Shown: positions 21,518 to 30,999 of the stretch, piece by piece
Layout: every line of letters starts with the position of its first letter
Position numbering within the stretch: the stretch's first letter is position 1
Assembly (NCBI GenBank): GCA_965262915.1
Contig: OZ253564.1
Location: 1,376,001-1,440,000 of the forward strand
Direction of reading: 5' to 3'
DNA length: 64,000 bases
DNA from: Candidatus Spongiisociaceae bacterium
GTDB lineage: Bacteria > Actinomycetota > Acidimicrobiia > Spongiisociales > Spongiisociaceae
Notes under the pieces: generated by a model
The model's input: only the letters and a program-made list of their open reading frames with translations
Told to the model about the DNA's origin: nothing
Database searches by the model: none
Made by a program: the position numbers and the translations under genes

Positions 21518-22177
21518 ATGTCGGAGGTAATACTGCGAGCCGAGACTGGCCGCGCAACCGGTACGAGGCCGTCGCGCCGGCTGAGGCGTCAGGGCATGGT
21601 GCCCGCCACCCTTTACGGGCATGGCGCCGAAGTCGTTTCGATCGCCGTCGATGCTCGAGAACTTCGTAACGTCCTGGCTACCGACGCCGGGATAAATGCG
21701 GTGATCCGTCTGGGGTTGGGCGAGGAGGTCCACACTTCGCTGGCGCGCCAACTCCAGCGACACCCGACCAGAGGGGACATCATCCACCTCGACTTCGTGA
21801 GGATCGCGCTCACCGACAGCGTGGACGCCGTGGTCTTGATCGAGTTGACGGGCGACCCCATCGGGGTGCTGGCGGATGGTGGGATCATCGAGACGGTCTC
21901 CAATACGGTGAACGTGCACACGTTGGTGACCTCCATACCGGAGTCGATCCAAGTGGACATCTCCGGGCTGCGGGTCGGCGACTCGGTCAGGGTGTCGGAT
22001 CTCCCGGCCTTCGGCGGCCTCGAGTACCTCGACGATCCTGACCAGCCGATAGTCATAATCAGCCTTCCCGCCGCGGCGCTGGTGGAGGCCGAAGAACTTT
22101 CGGAGGAGGACTCCGAGTACGACGGGGCGGCTAGCGATGCCGAGCGGGCGTTGGGAGCGGTAGGCGCGGAGACCTAG
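21518..22177 (+). CDS. rplY: 50S ribosomal protein L25/Ctc
   Basis: Motifs SRRLRRQGMVPATLYG and QRHPTRGDIIHLDF; upstream of pth. Confidence 0.93.
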   Translation: MSEVILRAETGRATGTRPSRRLRRQGMVPATLYGHGAEVVSIAVDARELRNVLATDAGINAVIRLGLGEEVHTSLARQLQRHPTRGDIIHLDFVRIALTDSVDAVVLIELTGDPIGVLADGGIIETVSNTVNVHTLVTSIPESIQVDISGLRVGDSVRVSDLPAFGGLEYLDDPDQPIVIISLPAAALVEAEELSEEDSEYDGAASDAERALGAVGAET

Positions 22178-22226
22178 GCGTCCGCAGACGGAGTTCCGGC
22201 AAGAGTACCGGGCAACGGGGATCGTC

Positions 22227-22808
22227 ATGAAGGTGATCGTGGGGCTTCACAACCCTGAACCCGCCTACGCGGGCACACGCCACAACGTGGGCGCCGAAGT
22301 GGTGGAGGCGTTGTTGCGGGGTCGGGGAGTGCGTCTGCGGCGCGGCCCCCGCCGGGTTCGCTGCCGCTTGGCGAAGGTCGTCATCGACTCGACGGCGGCC
22401 ACTCTGGCCCTTCCGCGGACATCCATGAACGTCTGCGGGCCTGCGGTGCGGGCCGTCATGGACTACCACAAGGCCAACCCGTCCGACCTGCTGGTCATAC
22501 ATGACGACATCGACCTGCCGTTCGGCAGGCTGCGCCTCCACGAGGGTCGGGGCCATGGAGGTCACAACGGAGTGAGGTCGGTGATCGCGGCTGTGGGCAC
22601 GCGCGGCTTCTGGCGTCTCAAACTGGGCGTCGGACGCCCGCCGGGAAGAATGGACCCTGCCACCTTCGTACTGCGTCGCTTCGCGAAGCCGGAGCGACCG
22701 GAGATCGACCTGATGGTGGGTGACGCCGCCGAGGTGGTGGAGGTCTTCGTGACCGATCCCGACCGCGCCGCCGCCCTGGCCGGTGGACGCCGCCCACCAG
22801 ATTCCTAG
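22227..22808 (+). CDS. pth: Peptidyl-tRNA hydrolase
   Basis: Motifs YAGTRHNVG, VIHDDIDLPFG, GHGGHNG and RLKLGVGRP. Confidence 0.95.
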   Translation: MKVIVGLHNPEPAYAGTRHNVGAEVVEALLRGRGVRLRRGPRRVRCRLAKVVIDSTAATLALPRTSMNVCGPAVRAVMDYHKANPSDLLVIHDDIDLPFGRLRLHEGRGHGGHNGVRSVIAAVGTRGFWRLKLGVGRPPGRMDPATFVLRRFAKPERPEIDLMVGDAAEVVEVFVTDPDRAAALAGGRRPPDS

Positions 22809-23024
22809 GAGGATGCTCAAGAACCCCCCGTCGGCCCGACGGCCGATGGCAAATTACCAGGTCGGCGGACGACGGGCTAACCGCTGTCACCGTTCTTGAG
22901 ATCCTCCTGGCGGTCCGTCCGTGAGCCGGTGCCGCGCCATGCGTCGGTGCCGCGCCCTTCCGCTTCGCAGGCGGACGCTAACTTCGGGTGTCCGACCGGA
23001 TGTAGAGGATGACGGGATAGGGGC

Positions 23025-24521
23025 ATGCGACGAGCAGTTGGAGCCATCGACCAGGGGACGACCAGCACACGGTTCATGATCTTCGACCACGGGGGCGCCG
23101 TGGTGGCCTCCGCGCAACGGGAGTTCAGACAGATCCTGCCCCGGCCGGGATGGGTCGAGCACGATCCGAACGAGATCCGGGAGACCGTGGAGGCCGTGAT
23201 AGCAGAGGCCCTGTCGGCGGCGGGCATGACCGCTCGGAACCTGGCGGCCGTGGGGATCACCAACCAGCGGGAGACCACGGTCGTGTGGGACCGTACCACC
23301 GGTGCGCCCCTGGCCAACGCCATCGTCTGGCAGGACACCAGGACCGGCGGCATCTGCGAGACGCTGGCGGAGGGATACGGCATCGACCGCTTCCGGGACC
23401 TCACCGGCCTTCCTCTCGCCACCTACTTCAGCGGTCCGAAGGCAACATGGCTGCTTGCCAATGTCGAGGGCCTGGAGGACCTGGCAGCCGCCGGGCGGGC
23501 GGTGGTCGGTACCGTCGACTCGTGGATCGTATGGAATCTCACCGGCGGGACCGGCGGCGGGCAGCACGTCACCGATGTCACCAACGCTTCCCGTACGCTG
23601 CTCATGGACCTCGACACGCTCGCATGGAGCGACGACCTGCTGGAGGCGATGGGGGTTCCCCGCTCCATGATGGCCCGGATCCTTCCCTCGATCGGCCGCA
23701 TCGGGATCGGGACCGGTGTGCTGGCCGGGGTTCCCATCTCGGCGATCCTGGGGGATCAGCAGGCCGCCCTTTTCGGTCAGGCGTGTTACGAGCCCGGCGA
23801 CGCCAAGAACACCTACGGGACGGGCTGTTTCATGCTCATGAACACCGGGGCCCGCAAGGTACCGTCGCGCAACGGCCTGCTGACCACGGTCGCCTACCGG
23901 ATCGCGGGCGGGGATCCGGTCTACGCCCTGGAAGGATCGGTGGCCGTCACCGGCGCTGTGGTCCAGTGGCTGCGCGACAACCTGGGGTTGATCTCGACTC
24001 CGGACGAGGTCGAGTCCCTGGCGGCTTCGGTGGAGGACAACGGGGATGTCTACTTCGTGCCTGCTTTCTCGGGTCTCTTCGCGCCCCACTGGAGGTCGGA
24101 CGCCCGGGGGGTCATCACGGGGCTCACCCGATTCGCCCGCAGCGGTCACATCGCCCGGGCGGCGCTCGAGGCCACGGCCTACCAGACCCGGGAGGTGCTC
24201 GAGGCGATGCGGGCCGATTCGGGGGTCTCCCTCACAGAGTTGAAGGTCGACGGGGGGATGGTGGTCAACGAGTTGCTGATGCAGTTCCAGTCCGACATCC
24301 TCGACGTTCCGGTGATCCGTCCTCGTGTGAGCGAGACGACCGCTCTGGGCGCCGCGTACGGCGCCGGTCTGGCCGAGGGGTACTGGGACGGTCTCGATGC
24401 CCTCCGGGACAACTGGCAGGAGGCACGCCGGTGGGCGCCTGCCATGCCGGCCGGGGCTCGGGAGGCGCTCTATGCCAGGTGGCAGGAAGCGGTCGAACGT
24501 TCCCTGGGTTGGATCGGGTAG
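23025..24521 (+). CDS. glpK: Glycerol kinase
   Basis: Motifs [31 protein letters not shown] and YFVPAFSGL. Confidence 0.96.
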   Translation: MRRAVGAIDQGTTSTRFMIFDHGGAVVASAQREFRQILPRPGWVEHDPNEIRETVEAVIAEALSAAGMTARNLAAVGITNQRETTVVWDRTTGAPLANAIVWQDTRTGGICETLAEGYGIDRFRDLTGLPLATYFSGPKATWLLANVEGLEDLAAAGRAVVGTVDSWIVWNLTGGTGGGQHVTDVTNASRTLLMDLDTLAWSDDLLEAMGVPRSMMARILPSIGRIGIGTGVLAGVPISAILGDQQAALFGQACYEPGDAKNTYGTGCFMLMNTGARKVPSRNGLLTTVAYRIAGGDPVYALEGSVAVTGAVVQWLRDNLGLISTPDEVESLAASVEDNGDVYFVPAFSGLFAPHWRSDARGVITGLTRFARSGHIARAALEATAYQTREVLEAMRADSGVSLTELKVDGGMVVNELLMQFQSDILDVPVIRPRVSETTALGAAYGAGLAEGYWDGLDALRDNWQEARRWAPAMPAGAREALYARWQEAVERSLGWIG

Positions 24522-24555
24522 GCCAATCGGCCCTATTCGGGCGCGGACGGGTGTA

Positions 24556-25146
24556 GTGTGCCGGACTGGAGGAGTTCCCATTTCGATACCTGACCGGCTT
24601 GCTCTATTCCGGGTTCTCTGCGTCCCGGTGATCATCGGCTTGGTGCTGGCCACCGAGCGGACCGACGCCGAGCACCTGTTCGGTTTCGCGGTGGTGCTCG
24701 TGATCTGTGCCGGTCTGAGTGACTTCTTCGACGGGTACATCGCCCGCAAGCAGGGGATCAGCTCCATAGTGGGGGCGTTCTGGGACACGACCGCCGACAA
24801 AATCCTGGTCAGCGGGGTGCTCATCGCCCTGGTCTCCGTGGACCGGGCTTCGGTCTGGGTCACGTTCATCATCATGACCCGCGAGTTCGTCGTGATGGCG
24901 GTCCGCAGCGTCGTCGCCATCGACGGGAAGGTAGTCCCGGCGTCGCTGGCCGGTAAGGCCAAGGCCACGTTCCAGTTCGTCGCCTTGGGTCTGGCCATGC
25001 TGCGGCTGCCCGACCAATGGGGCCCCTTCTACCTGGACGAGTACTGGATGTGGTTGACCGCCGCGGTGACGATCTCCTCGGGCTGGGACTACATCGCCCG
25101 TTTCCGCGATACGGTCCGCCAGGTGGGGCGACCGGCAGACGCATGA
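24556..25146 (+). CDS. CDP-alcohol phosphatidyltransferase (PgsA-like); start GTG 24556 or ATT 24580
   Basis: DFFDGYIARK...GAFWDTTADK signature. Confidence 0.88.
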   Translation: MCRTGGVPISIPDRLALFRVLCVPVIIGLVLATERTDAEHLFGFAVVLVICAGLSDFFDGYIARKQGISSIVGAFWDTTADKILVSGVLIALVSVDRASVWVTFIIMTREFVVMAVRSVVAIDGKVVPASLAGKAKATFQFVALGLAMLRLPDQWGPFYLDEYWMWLTAAVTISSGWDYIARFRDTVRQVGRPADA

Positions 25147-26114
25147 CCGTCCTCGTAACCGGCGGCACGGGTGTGGTCGGAACGCCGGTGGTGCGGTATC
25201 TAGTCGAGGCGGGGCGGGAGGTGCGGGGCCTGGCCCGGTCCGACGCCTCGGCGTTGTTGCTGGCCGGGATGGGGGCGACTCCGGTCGCCGGGGACATCTG
25301 CGATCCTGAATCCCTGGCGAGGGCGCTGGCCGGGTGCGAGGTCGTCTACCACATCGCCGGGCGGGTGTCGTTCTGTCCGCGGGACCCGGACCGTCTCTAC
25401 GAGGTCAACGTCGAAGGCACCCGCAACGTGGTGCGTGCCGCCCGCCGGGCCGGCGTGCGCAGGCTGGTCCACACCTCCTCCGTGGTTGCCCTCGGGGAGG
25501 AGCCGGGAACGGTTGGCCGCGAGACCACCAGCCACCGGGGCTACTACCTCAGCCACTACGGCCGATCCAAACACCAGGGCGAGACGGCCGCCCTCGCGGG
25601 CGGGGGAGACATGGAGGTGGTGGTGGTCAATCCCTCCTCTGTCCAGGGCGCCGGCCGGGTCACCGGTACCGGTGGTCTGCTGCTGCAGGCGGTCAACGGC
25701 CGGTTCAAGTTCATGGTCGACACGCCGATCTCGATCGTGGACACCGACGATTGCGCCCGGGGTCACCTGGCGGCCGAGCAACGGGGAGTCCCCGGCGAGC
25801 GCTACGTTCTCAGCGGGTTCACCATCGCCATCCGCCGGTTGGCAGCACTCATGGGCGACCTGACGGGGCACCAATACCGGATGCGGTTCATCCCTCGCGG
25901 TGTGCTGGCGCCGGTGAGCCCGTTCGCCGACCTGCTCGGACGGACGGTGCGCTCCGTTCCGCTCTGTCGGGAGACCGTCCTGCTGATGCGCTTCGGCGCC
26001 AGTTACGACGGCTCGCGGGCCACCCGGGAACTCGGTCTGGAATACCGCTCGGCCCGGGAGACCTTCGCTCGGGCGCTCGAGTCTTTCCGGGCCGCCGGCT
26101 TCACCGACGTCTGA
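25143..26114 (+). CDS. NAD-dependent epimerase/dehydratase (HpnA/dihydroflavonol reductase-like)
   Basis: Motifs VLVTGGTGVVG, VNVEGT, VHTSS and YGRSK; ATGA overlap with the upstream gene. Confidence 0.88.
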   Translation: MTVLVTGGTGVVGTPVVRYLVEAGREVRGLARSDASALLLAGMGATPVAGDICDPESLARALAGCEVVYHIAGRVSFCPRDPDRLYEVNVEGTRNVVRAARRAGVRRLVHTSSVVALGEEPGTVGRETTSHRGYYLSHYGRSKHQGETAALAGGGDMEVVVVNPSSVQGAGRVTGTGGLLLQAVNGRFKFMVDTPISIVDTDDCARGHLAAEQRGVPGERYVLSGFTIAIRRLAALMGDLTGHQYRMRFIPRGVLAPVSPFADLLGRTVRSVPLCRETVLLMRFGASYDGSRATRELGLEYRSARETFARALESFRAAGFTDV

Positions 26115-26276
26115 GGCCGCCTGCCCCGCGTATCCCCGACCACCAGCGAGACTCCACGGGGATCAGTGGCCGGCAGCGACCCGGACGGCTCCAGGTTCTT
26201 CGTGCCTATGTCCGGTGGGTTGTCAAGAGCGTGGAGCGTGGACAGCCGCCGATGCTTCCCTTCCATATACAGTTAT

Positions 26277-26311
26277 CAGTTAGGGATATCGAGTAACGAT
26301 ATCCCTAACTG
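26277..26311. repeat. Perfect 15-bp inverted repeat
   Basis: cagttagggatatcg-agtaa-cgatatccctaactg. Confidence 0.9.
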
Positions 26312-26529
26312 GCACCTGGCACCTGGCACCTGGCACCTGGCACCTGGACCTGGCACCTGGCACCTGGCACCTGGCACCTGATCCCTGATCCCTGGCACCT
26401 GATCCCTGGCACCTGACCCCTGGCACCTGGCACCTGGCACCTGGCACCTGGCACCTGGCACCTGGCACCTGGCACCTGGCACCTGACCCCTGGCACCTGG
26501 CACCTGGCACCTGGCACCTGGCACCTGAC
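26309..26529 (+). repeat. Heptamer tandem repeat (CTGGCAC)n, about 30 units with CTGATCC/CTGACCC variants
   Basis: Read directly from the sequence; ends a few bases before the mfd ATG. Confidence 0.95.
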
Positions 26530-26533
26530 TACG

Positions 26534-29500
26534 ATGACCACCCTCGTGCGTGCACCGCTCTCAACCCTCCTCGATCGCTGGCGTCCCGACCACCTTCCCC
26601 GGTCTCCCGCAAGACTGGTGGTGCCCGCCGCTGCCCGGGCCATCACCATCGGGGGTATCGCCAGGCGAACCACCGGGCCGTTGCTCGTCGTGGTCCCCTC
26701 CGAGAGGGATGCCGAGGCACTGGCCGCCGACCTGCGCCTGTTCGTCGACGATGTGCTGCTGTTCCCGTCCTGGGAGACGCTCCCGTTCGAACATGTGTCG
26801 CCCAACATGGCGACGATGGCCCGCCGGGCCGAGGTCCGCCACCGGATGGCCGAGGCGCCCGACGGCCTGCTGGTGGTGACCTCCGTGAGGGCGGCCATCC
26901 AGCGCGCCAGCGCGTCCTCCACCCGACCCGTGGTCGTGCGGACCGGCACCGAGTACCCGTTCGAGGATCTGGTGCGCCGCCTCGACGAGGCCGGCTACTC
27001 GCGCACGGATCGGGTCGAGTCACGCGGCGAGTTCGCCGTGCGCGGCGGCATCGTCGATGCCTTCCCGGCCCAGGCCGACGATGCGTTCCGGGTCGAGTAC
27101 TGGGGCGACCACGTCGACGACATCCGGGTGTTCTCGATCGGGTCCCAGCGTTCGGTCAGGCCGGTGGACCGCCTGGTCGCCTACCCGGCTCGCGAGTTCC
27201 GTCCCGATCCTCAGGTCCGGGCTGCCGCCCGGGCTCTCGTATCGGCCGAGCCGTGGGCGTCCTCCATCTGGGATCGGATCGCCCAGGGAGTCAGGTTCGC
27301 GGGGATGGAGTCGTGGCTTCCGTGGTTGACCGAGCCCCGCAACTTCCTCGACGATCTGCCGGATGCGGGCACGCTGGTCCTACTCGATCCGGTACGGGCC
27401 CGATCCAGGGCCAACGATCTCACGGGCGAGGAGCAGGATCTGGCCGAGGCGCTGGCCGAGACCTGGGGTGATCGGTATCCCGACCACGGGCGTAGCCCCG
27501 CCCTGTTCCTCGACCTGGTCTCCTCCCTCCCGAGCCGCCTCATGGAGTGTCCGCCTCTTCCCACCCGACCGGAGGACAGGAGGATCGAGGTGGGCGCGCT
27601 GGATGCCACTCCGGGCGATCCGGAGGCGGTGGCCGCCGGCCTGTCGCGCTTGATGGCCCGCGGTATGGATGTGGTGCTCGCCATGGACGGCGCTCCGGCC
27701 GCTGCCCGGGTGGCGAGGATCCTGAGCGACCATGGGCTCGATCTACCCGTCGTGGAGCGGTTCGGCAAGGGTGCCCGGACCGGGGTCCTCGCCGATGGTT
27801 TGCACACCGGCGTGGTCCTCCCGGCGCTGAGGATCGCGGTCCTGGGGGAGCGGGAGATCGTCGGGCGCCGGAGGACCCATCGCCGTCCGGGCCCGAGACG
27901 GACCGCTTCCGGACCTGCCTACCGGGACCTGACAGCGGGTGACTACGTCGTGCACAGCCATCACGGTATCGGGCGTTTCGACGGCCTCGTCAGCCGCACC
28001 ATCGCCGGCGTCGAGCGGGACTACCTGGTCATCGCCTACGCCAAGGGTGACAAGCTATACGTTCCCACCGACCAGCTGACCGCGGTGCGCAAGTACACAG
28101 GTGGGGAGTCGCCCAGGGTGAGCCGGATGGGCGGCGGCGACTGGGCGGCGACCCGCAACCGGGTACGCCGGGAAGCCTCCGTCCTCGCCGACCACGTGGT
28201 AGCGGTCCACCGGGCCAGAGCCACCGCAGAGGGACACGCCTTCGCGCCGGACACCCCCTGGCAGCGGGAGCTCGAGGACGCCTTTCCCTACGAGGAGACC
28301 CGCGACCAGATACGGGCTATCCATGATGTCAAGGAGGACATGGAGTCCGCCGCCCCGATGGACCGGCTCGTGTTCGGCGATGTCGGGTTCGGAAAGACGG
28401 AGGTGGCGCTGCGGGCTGCCTTCAAGGCCATGACCGACGGGTTCCAGGTGGCGATGCTGTGCCCGACCACCCTGCTGGTTCAGCAACACTTCCAGACCTT
28501 CTTGGAGCGGTTCGATCCCTTCCCGGTGAGGGTGGAGATGCTCAGCCGGTTCCTCACTCCGTCCCAGGCCCGCAGGGTGATTACCGGCCTCGGGACCGGC
28601 GAGGTGGATGTGGTCATCGGCACGCACGGGCTGCTCGCAGACAGGGTCGTATTCCACAAGCTGGGTCTGCTCGTGGTGGACGAGGAGCATCGTTTCGGGG
28701 TCAAGGCCAAGGACCGCATCAAGGCCATGAAGGTGGGGGTGGATGTCCTGACCCTCACCGCCACGCCGATCCCCCGGACGCTGGAGATGGCCCTCACCGG
28801 TATCCGGGAGGTCAGCCACATCCTGACCCCGCCCGAGGACCGCCACCCGATCCTCACCTATGTGGGGCCGGACGATCCACGGGTCACGTCGGCGGCGATC
28901 CGCAGGGAACTGCTGCGGGAGGGACAGGTCTTCTACGTCCACAACCGGGTCCGGTCGATCGAGCACGCGGTGGCGAGGCTGCGCGAGTTGGTACCCGACG
29001 CGCGGTACGGAGTGGCCCATGGCCGCATGAACGAGGGACGGCTGGAACAGACCATGCTGGACTTCTGGGACCACCGCTATGACGTGCTCGTCGCCACAAC
29101 CATCATCGAATCCGGTCTCGACCTGCCCCAGGTCAACACGTTGATCGTCGAGCGGGCCGACCAACTCGGGCTTGCCCAGCTCTACCAGCTGCGGGGCCGG
29201 GTGGGCCGTTCCGGGCGCCGGGCCTACGCCTACCTGTTCCACCCCGAGGCGCCGTCCCTGTCCGAGACCGCCTCCCGGCGCCTGGAGGCGGTTGGGGAGT
29301 TCACCGAGCTGGGATCGGGCCTGCAACTCGCCATGCGCGACCTGGAGATCCGGGGCGCCGGGTCGGTGCTGGGCGAGGTGCAGTCGGGGCACATCGCCGC
29401 GGTGGGTTTCGACCTGTACGTGGAGTTGGTCTCGGAGGCCGTGGCCGAACGGATGGGTACCGAGTTGCCGGTCGACAGACCCAAGCAGGTGCGGATCGAC

Positions 29501-29959
29501 CTCCCCGTCGACGCCCACCTGCCTGAGGACTATGTGAGGGACCAGCACGCCCGTCTCGAGGCCTATCGCCGGCTCGCCGAGGCGGGTACCCAGGCGGAAG
29601 TGGAGGACGTGGCGGCCGAATGGCGGGACCGGTACGGGCCGATGCCCCCGGAGGCGGAGCGTCTGATCGAGACGGCCCGCCTCCGGGCCGAGGCCATACG
29701 TGTCGGGATCGAGGAGATCGTGAAGTTGCGCGGCGAGATCAGGCTGGGGCTGGTCAACCTGACCCAATCGCAGGAGATCCGGTTGCAGCGCCTGATCCCG
29801 AGGGCCATCGTGCGGGCTGCCGAAGCCAGGATGTTCATTCCCGCGCCTCCCGGCCGCAATCTCGTCGGTCACCTGCTTGACTTCCTGACCGCCATGTGGC
29901 CCCCCTCCGATCCTCGCGTTGCTTCCTCACACGGTGCGCAGGAGGGCCGTACCCCGTGA
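26534..29959 (+). CDS. mfd: Transcription-repair coupling factor
   Basis: Motifs FPSWETLPFE, RGEFAVRGGIVD, GDVGFGKTEVA, VVDEEHRFG and QLYQLRGRVGRS; TRCF C-terminus. Confidence 0.97.
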   Translation: MTTLVRAPLSTLLDRWRPDHLPRSPARLVVPAAARAITIGGIARRTTGPLLVVVPSERDAEALAADLRLFVDDVLLFPSWETLPFEHVSPNMATMARRAEVRHRMAEAPDGLLVVTSVRAAIQRASASSTRPVVVRTGTEYPFEDLVRRLDEAGYSRTDRVESRGEFAVRGGIVDAFPAQADDAFRVEYWGDHVDDIRVFSIGSQRSVRPVDRLVAYPAREFRPDPQVRAAARALVSAEPWASSIWDRIAQGVRFAGMESWLPWLTEPRNFLDDLPDAGTLVLLDPVRARSRANDLTGEEQDLAEALAETWGDRYPDHGRSPALFLDLVSSLPSRLMECPPLPTRPEDRRIEVGALDATPGDPEAVAAGLSRLMARGMDVVLAMDGAPAAARVARILSDHGLDLPVVERFGKGARTGVLADGLHTGVVLPALRIAVLGEREIVGRRRTHRRPGPRRTASGPAYRDLTAGDYVVHSHHGIGRFDGLVSRTIAGVERDYLVIAYAKGDKLYVPTDQLTAVRKYTGGESPRVSRMGGGDWAATRNRVRREASVLADHVVAVHRARATAEGHAFAPDTPWQRELEDAFPYEETRDQIRAIHDVKEDMESAAPMDRLVFGDVGFGKTEVALRAAFKAMTDGFQVAMLCPTTLLVQQHFQTFLERFDPFPVRVEMLSRFLTPSQARRVITGLGTGEVDVVIGTHGLLADRVVFHKLGLLVVDEEHRFGVKAKDRIKAMKVGVDVLTLTATPIPRTLEMALTGIREVSHILTPPEDRHPILTYVGPDDPRVTSAAIRRELLREGQVFYVHNRVRSIEHAVARLRELVPDARYGVAHGRMNEGRLEQTMLDFWDHRYDVLVATTIIESGLDLPQVNTLIVERADQLGLAQLYQLRGRVGRSGRRAYAYLFHPEAPSLSETASRRLEAVGEFTELGSGLQLAMRDLEIRGAGSVLGEVQSGHIAAVGFDLYVELVSEAVAERMGTELPVDRPKQVRIDLPVDAHLPEDYVRDQHARLEAYRRLAEAGTQAEVEDVAAEWRDRYGPMPPEAERLIETARLRAEAIRVGIEEIVKLRGEIRLGLVNLTQSQEIRLQRLIPRAIVRAAEARMFIPAPPGRNLVGHLLDFLTAMWPPSDPRVASSHGAQEGRTP

Positions 29960-29976
29960 TCGGAAAGGAATAGGCC

Positions 29977-30999
29977 GTGGCTGTTCTCCCCGGTAGCATC
30001 GACGATCGGACGCCGGATACCCGAAACCGGTACAACCATTCGGAAGGAGGCCCGTTGCGCAGCTTCCACGCGCGCCAGAGCTCTTTTGTACGCCACCTGA
30101 TCTTCGTACCGGTACTGGTCCTGGCCCTGCTTGTGGCTGCGTGCGGGACGTCGGCCGGAGTGGCCACGGTCGATGGCGAGGCGATCACCTTCGATGAGGT
30201 GGCGGCGCTGCTTCCCCCCGAGGGGGATACCGTGGACCCGACGCTCTTTGCCCGTTCCCTGATGCTGGTGATCGCCGGCCGGGTGATGATGGCCGAGGCC
30301 GAGAGGCAGTTCGGCTTCACGGCCACCGATGACGAGATAGAGGCGAAGGTAGGGGAGTTGGTGCTCCTCAGCGGCCAGACCGAGGAGGAGATCCTCACCA
30401 CGCACAACCTGACCACCGCCTCGCTGCGGGCCATCGGCGCCCAGCAACTGATGGCGGACAAGATCATCGCCGAGCTGGTGACTTCGGAGCCCGAACCGAC
30501 CGAGGAGGAGCTCAGGGCGCGATACGAAACGCTACTGCCGAGCGCCACCGAGGTGTGCAGCTCCCACATCCTCCTCAAGAGTCCCGAGGAGGCGGAGGCG
30601 GCCCTCGAGCGGGCTTTGGCCGGTGAGGACTTCGGCGTATTGGCCATGGAACTGTCGGTGGGCCCGAGCGGACCCGACGGGGGCGATCTCGGGTGCTCGC
30701 CTCCCGACCGCTACGTCGGGGAGTTCGCCGCCGCCACGCTGGACGCCGAAGTGGGTATCCCCTACGGACCGGTCGCCACCCAATTCGGATGGCATGTGAT
30801 CCTCGTAGCTTCACGGACCGTCCCGAGCTTCGAGGACGTGCGGGCGTTGCTGGTGGAGGAGATCCGGTCGGCAGGCGGCGCCGGGCTCTGGAGCGACTGG
30901 ATGGTGGGGATCCTCAAATCCGCCGATGTGACGGTGGAACCGGAGTACGGCACATGGACGACCGACCCGGCGCCGGACGTAATCCCACCCAGCCCCTGA
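29977..30999 (+). CDS. PrsA/SurA-like parvulin peptidyl-prolyl isomerase lipoprotein (true start probably later)
   Basis: Lipobox LVAAC; motifs SHILL, GGDLG and PVATQFGWHVI; conserved mfd-PPIase-mazG-eno order. Confidence 0.88.
   Translation: MAVLPGSIDDRTPDTRNRYNHSEGGPLRSFHARQSSFVRHLIFVPVLVLALLVAACGTSAGVATVDGEAITFDEVAALLPPEGDTVDPTLFARSLMLVIAGRVMMAEAERQFGFTATDDEIEAKVGELVLLSGQTEEEILTTHNLTTASLRAIGAQQLMADKIIAELVTSEPEPTEEELRARYETLLPSATEVCSSHILLKSPEEAEAALERALAGEDFGVLAMELSVGPSGPDGGDLGCSPPDRYVGEFAAATLDAEVGIPYGPVATQFGWHVILVASRTVPSFEDVRALLVEEIRSAGGAGLWSDWMVGILKSADVTVEPEYGTWTTDPAPDVIPPSP

Noticed and set aside
26276-26524. ORFs of repeated VPGARCQ/WHLAPGT peptides, and a possible CRISPR array
   Set aside because: These are translations of the 7-bp microsatellite. 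There are no unique spacers and no cas genes.
28055-29872. 605-aa minus-strand ORF (likewise 22887-24998, 16996-18354, 30762-32288, 18685-19902, and 6833-8185 on plus)
   Set aside because: Antisense shadows of well-supported genes, expected from high-GC codon bias; no recognisable motifs.
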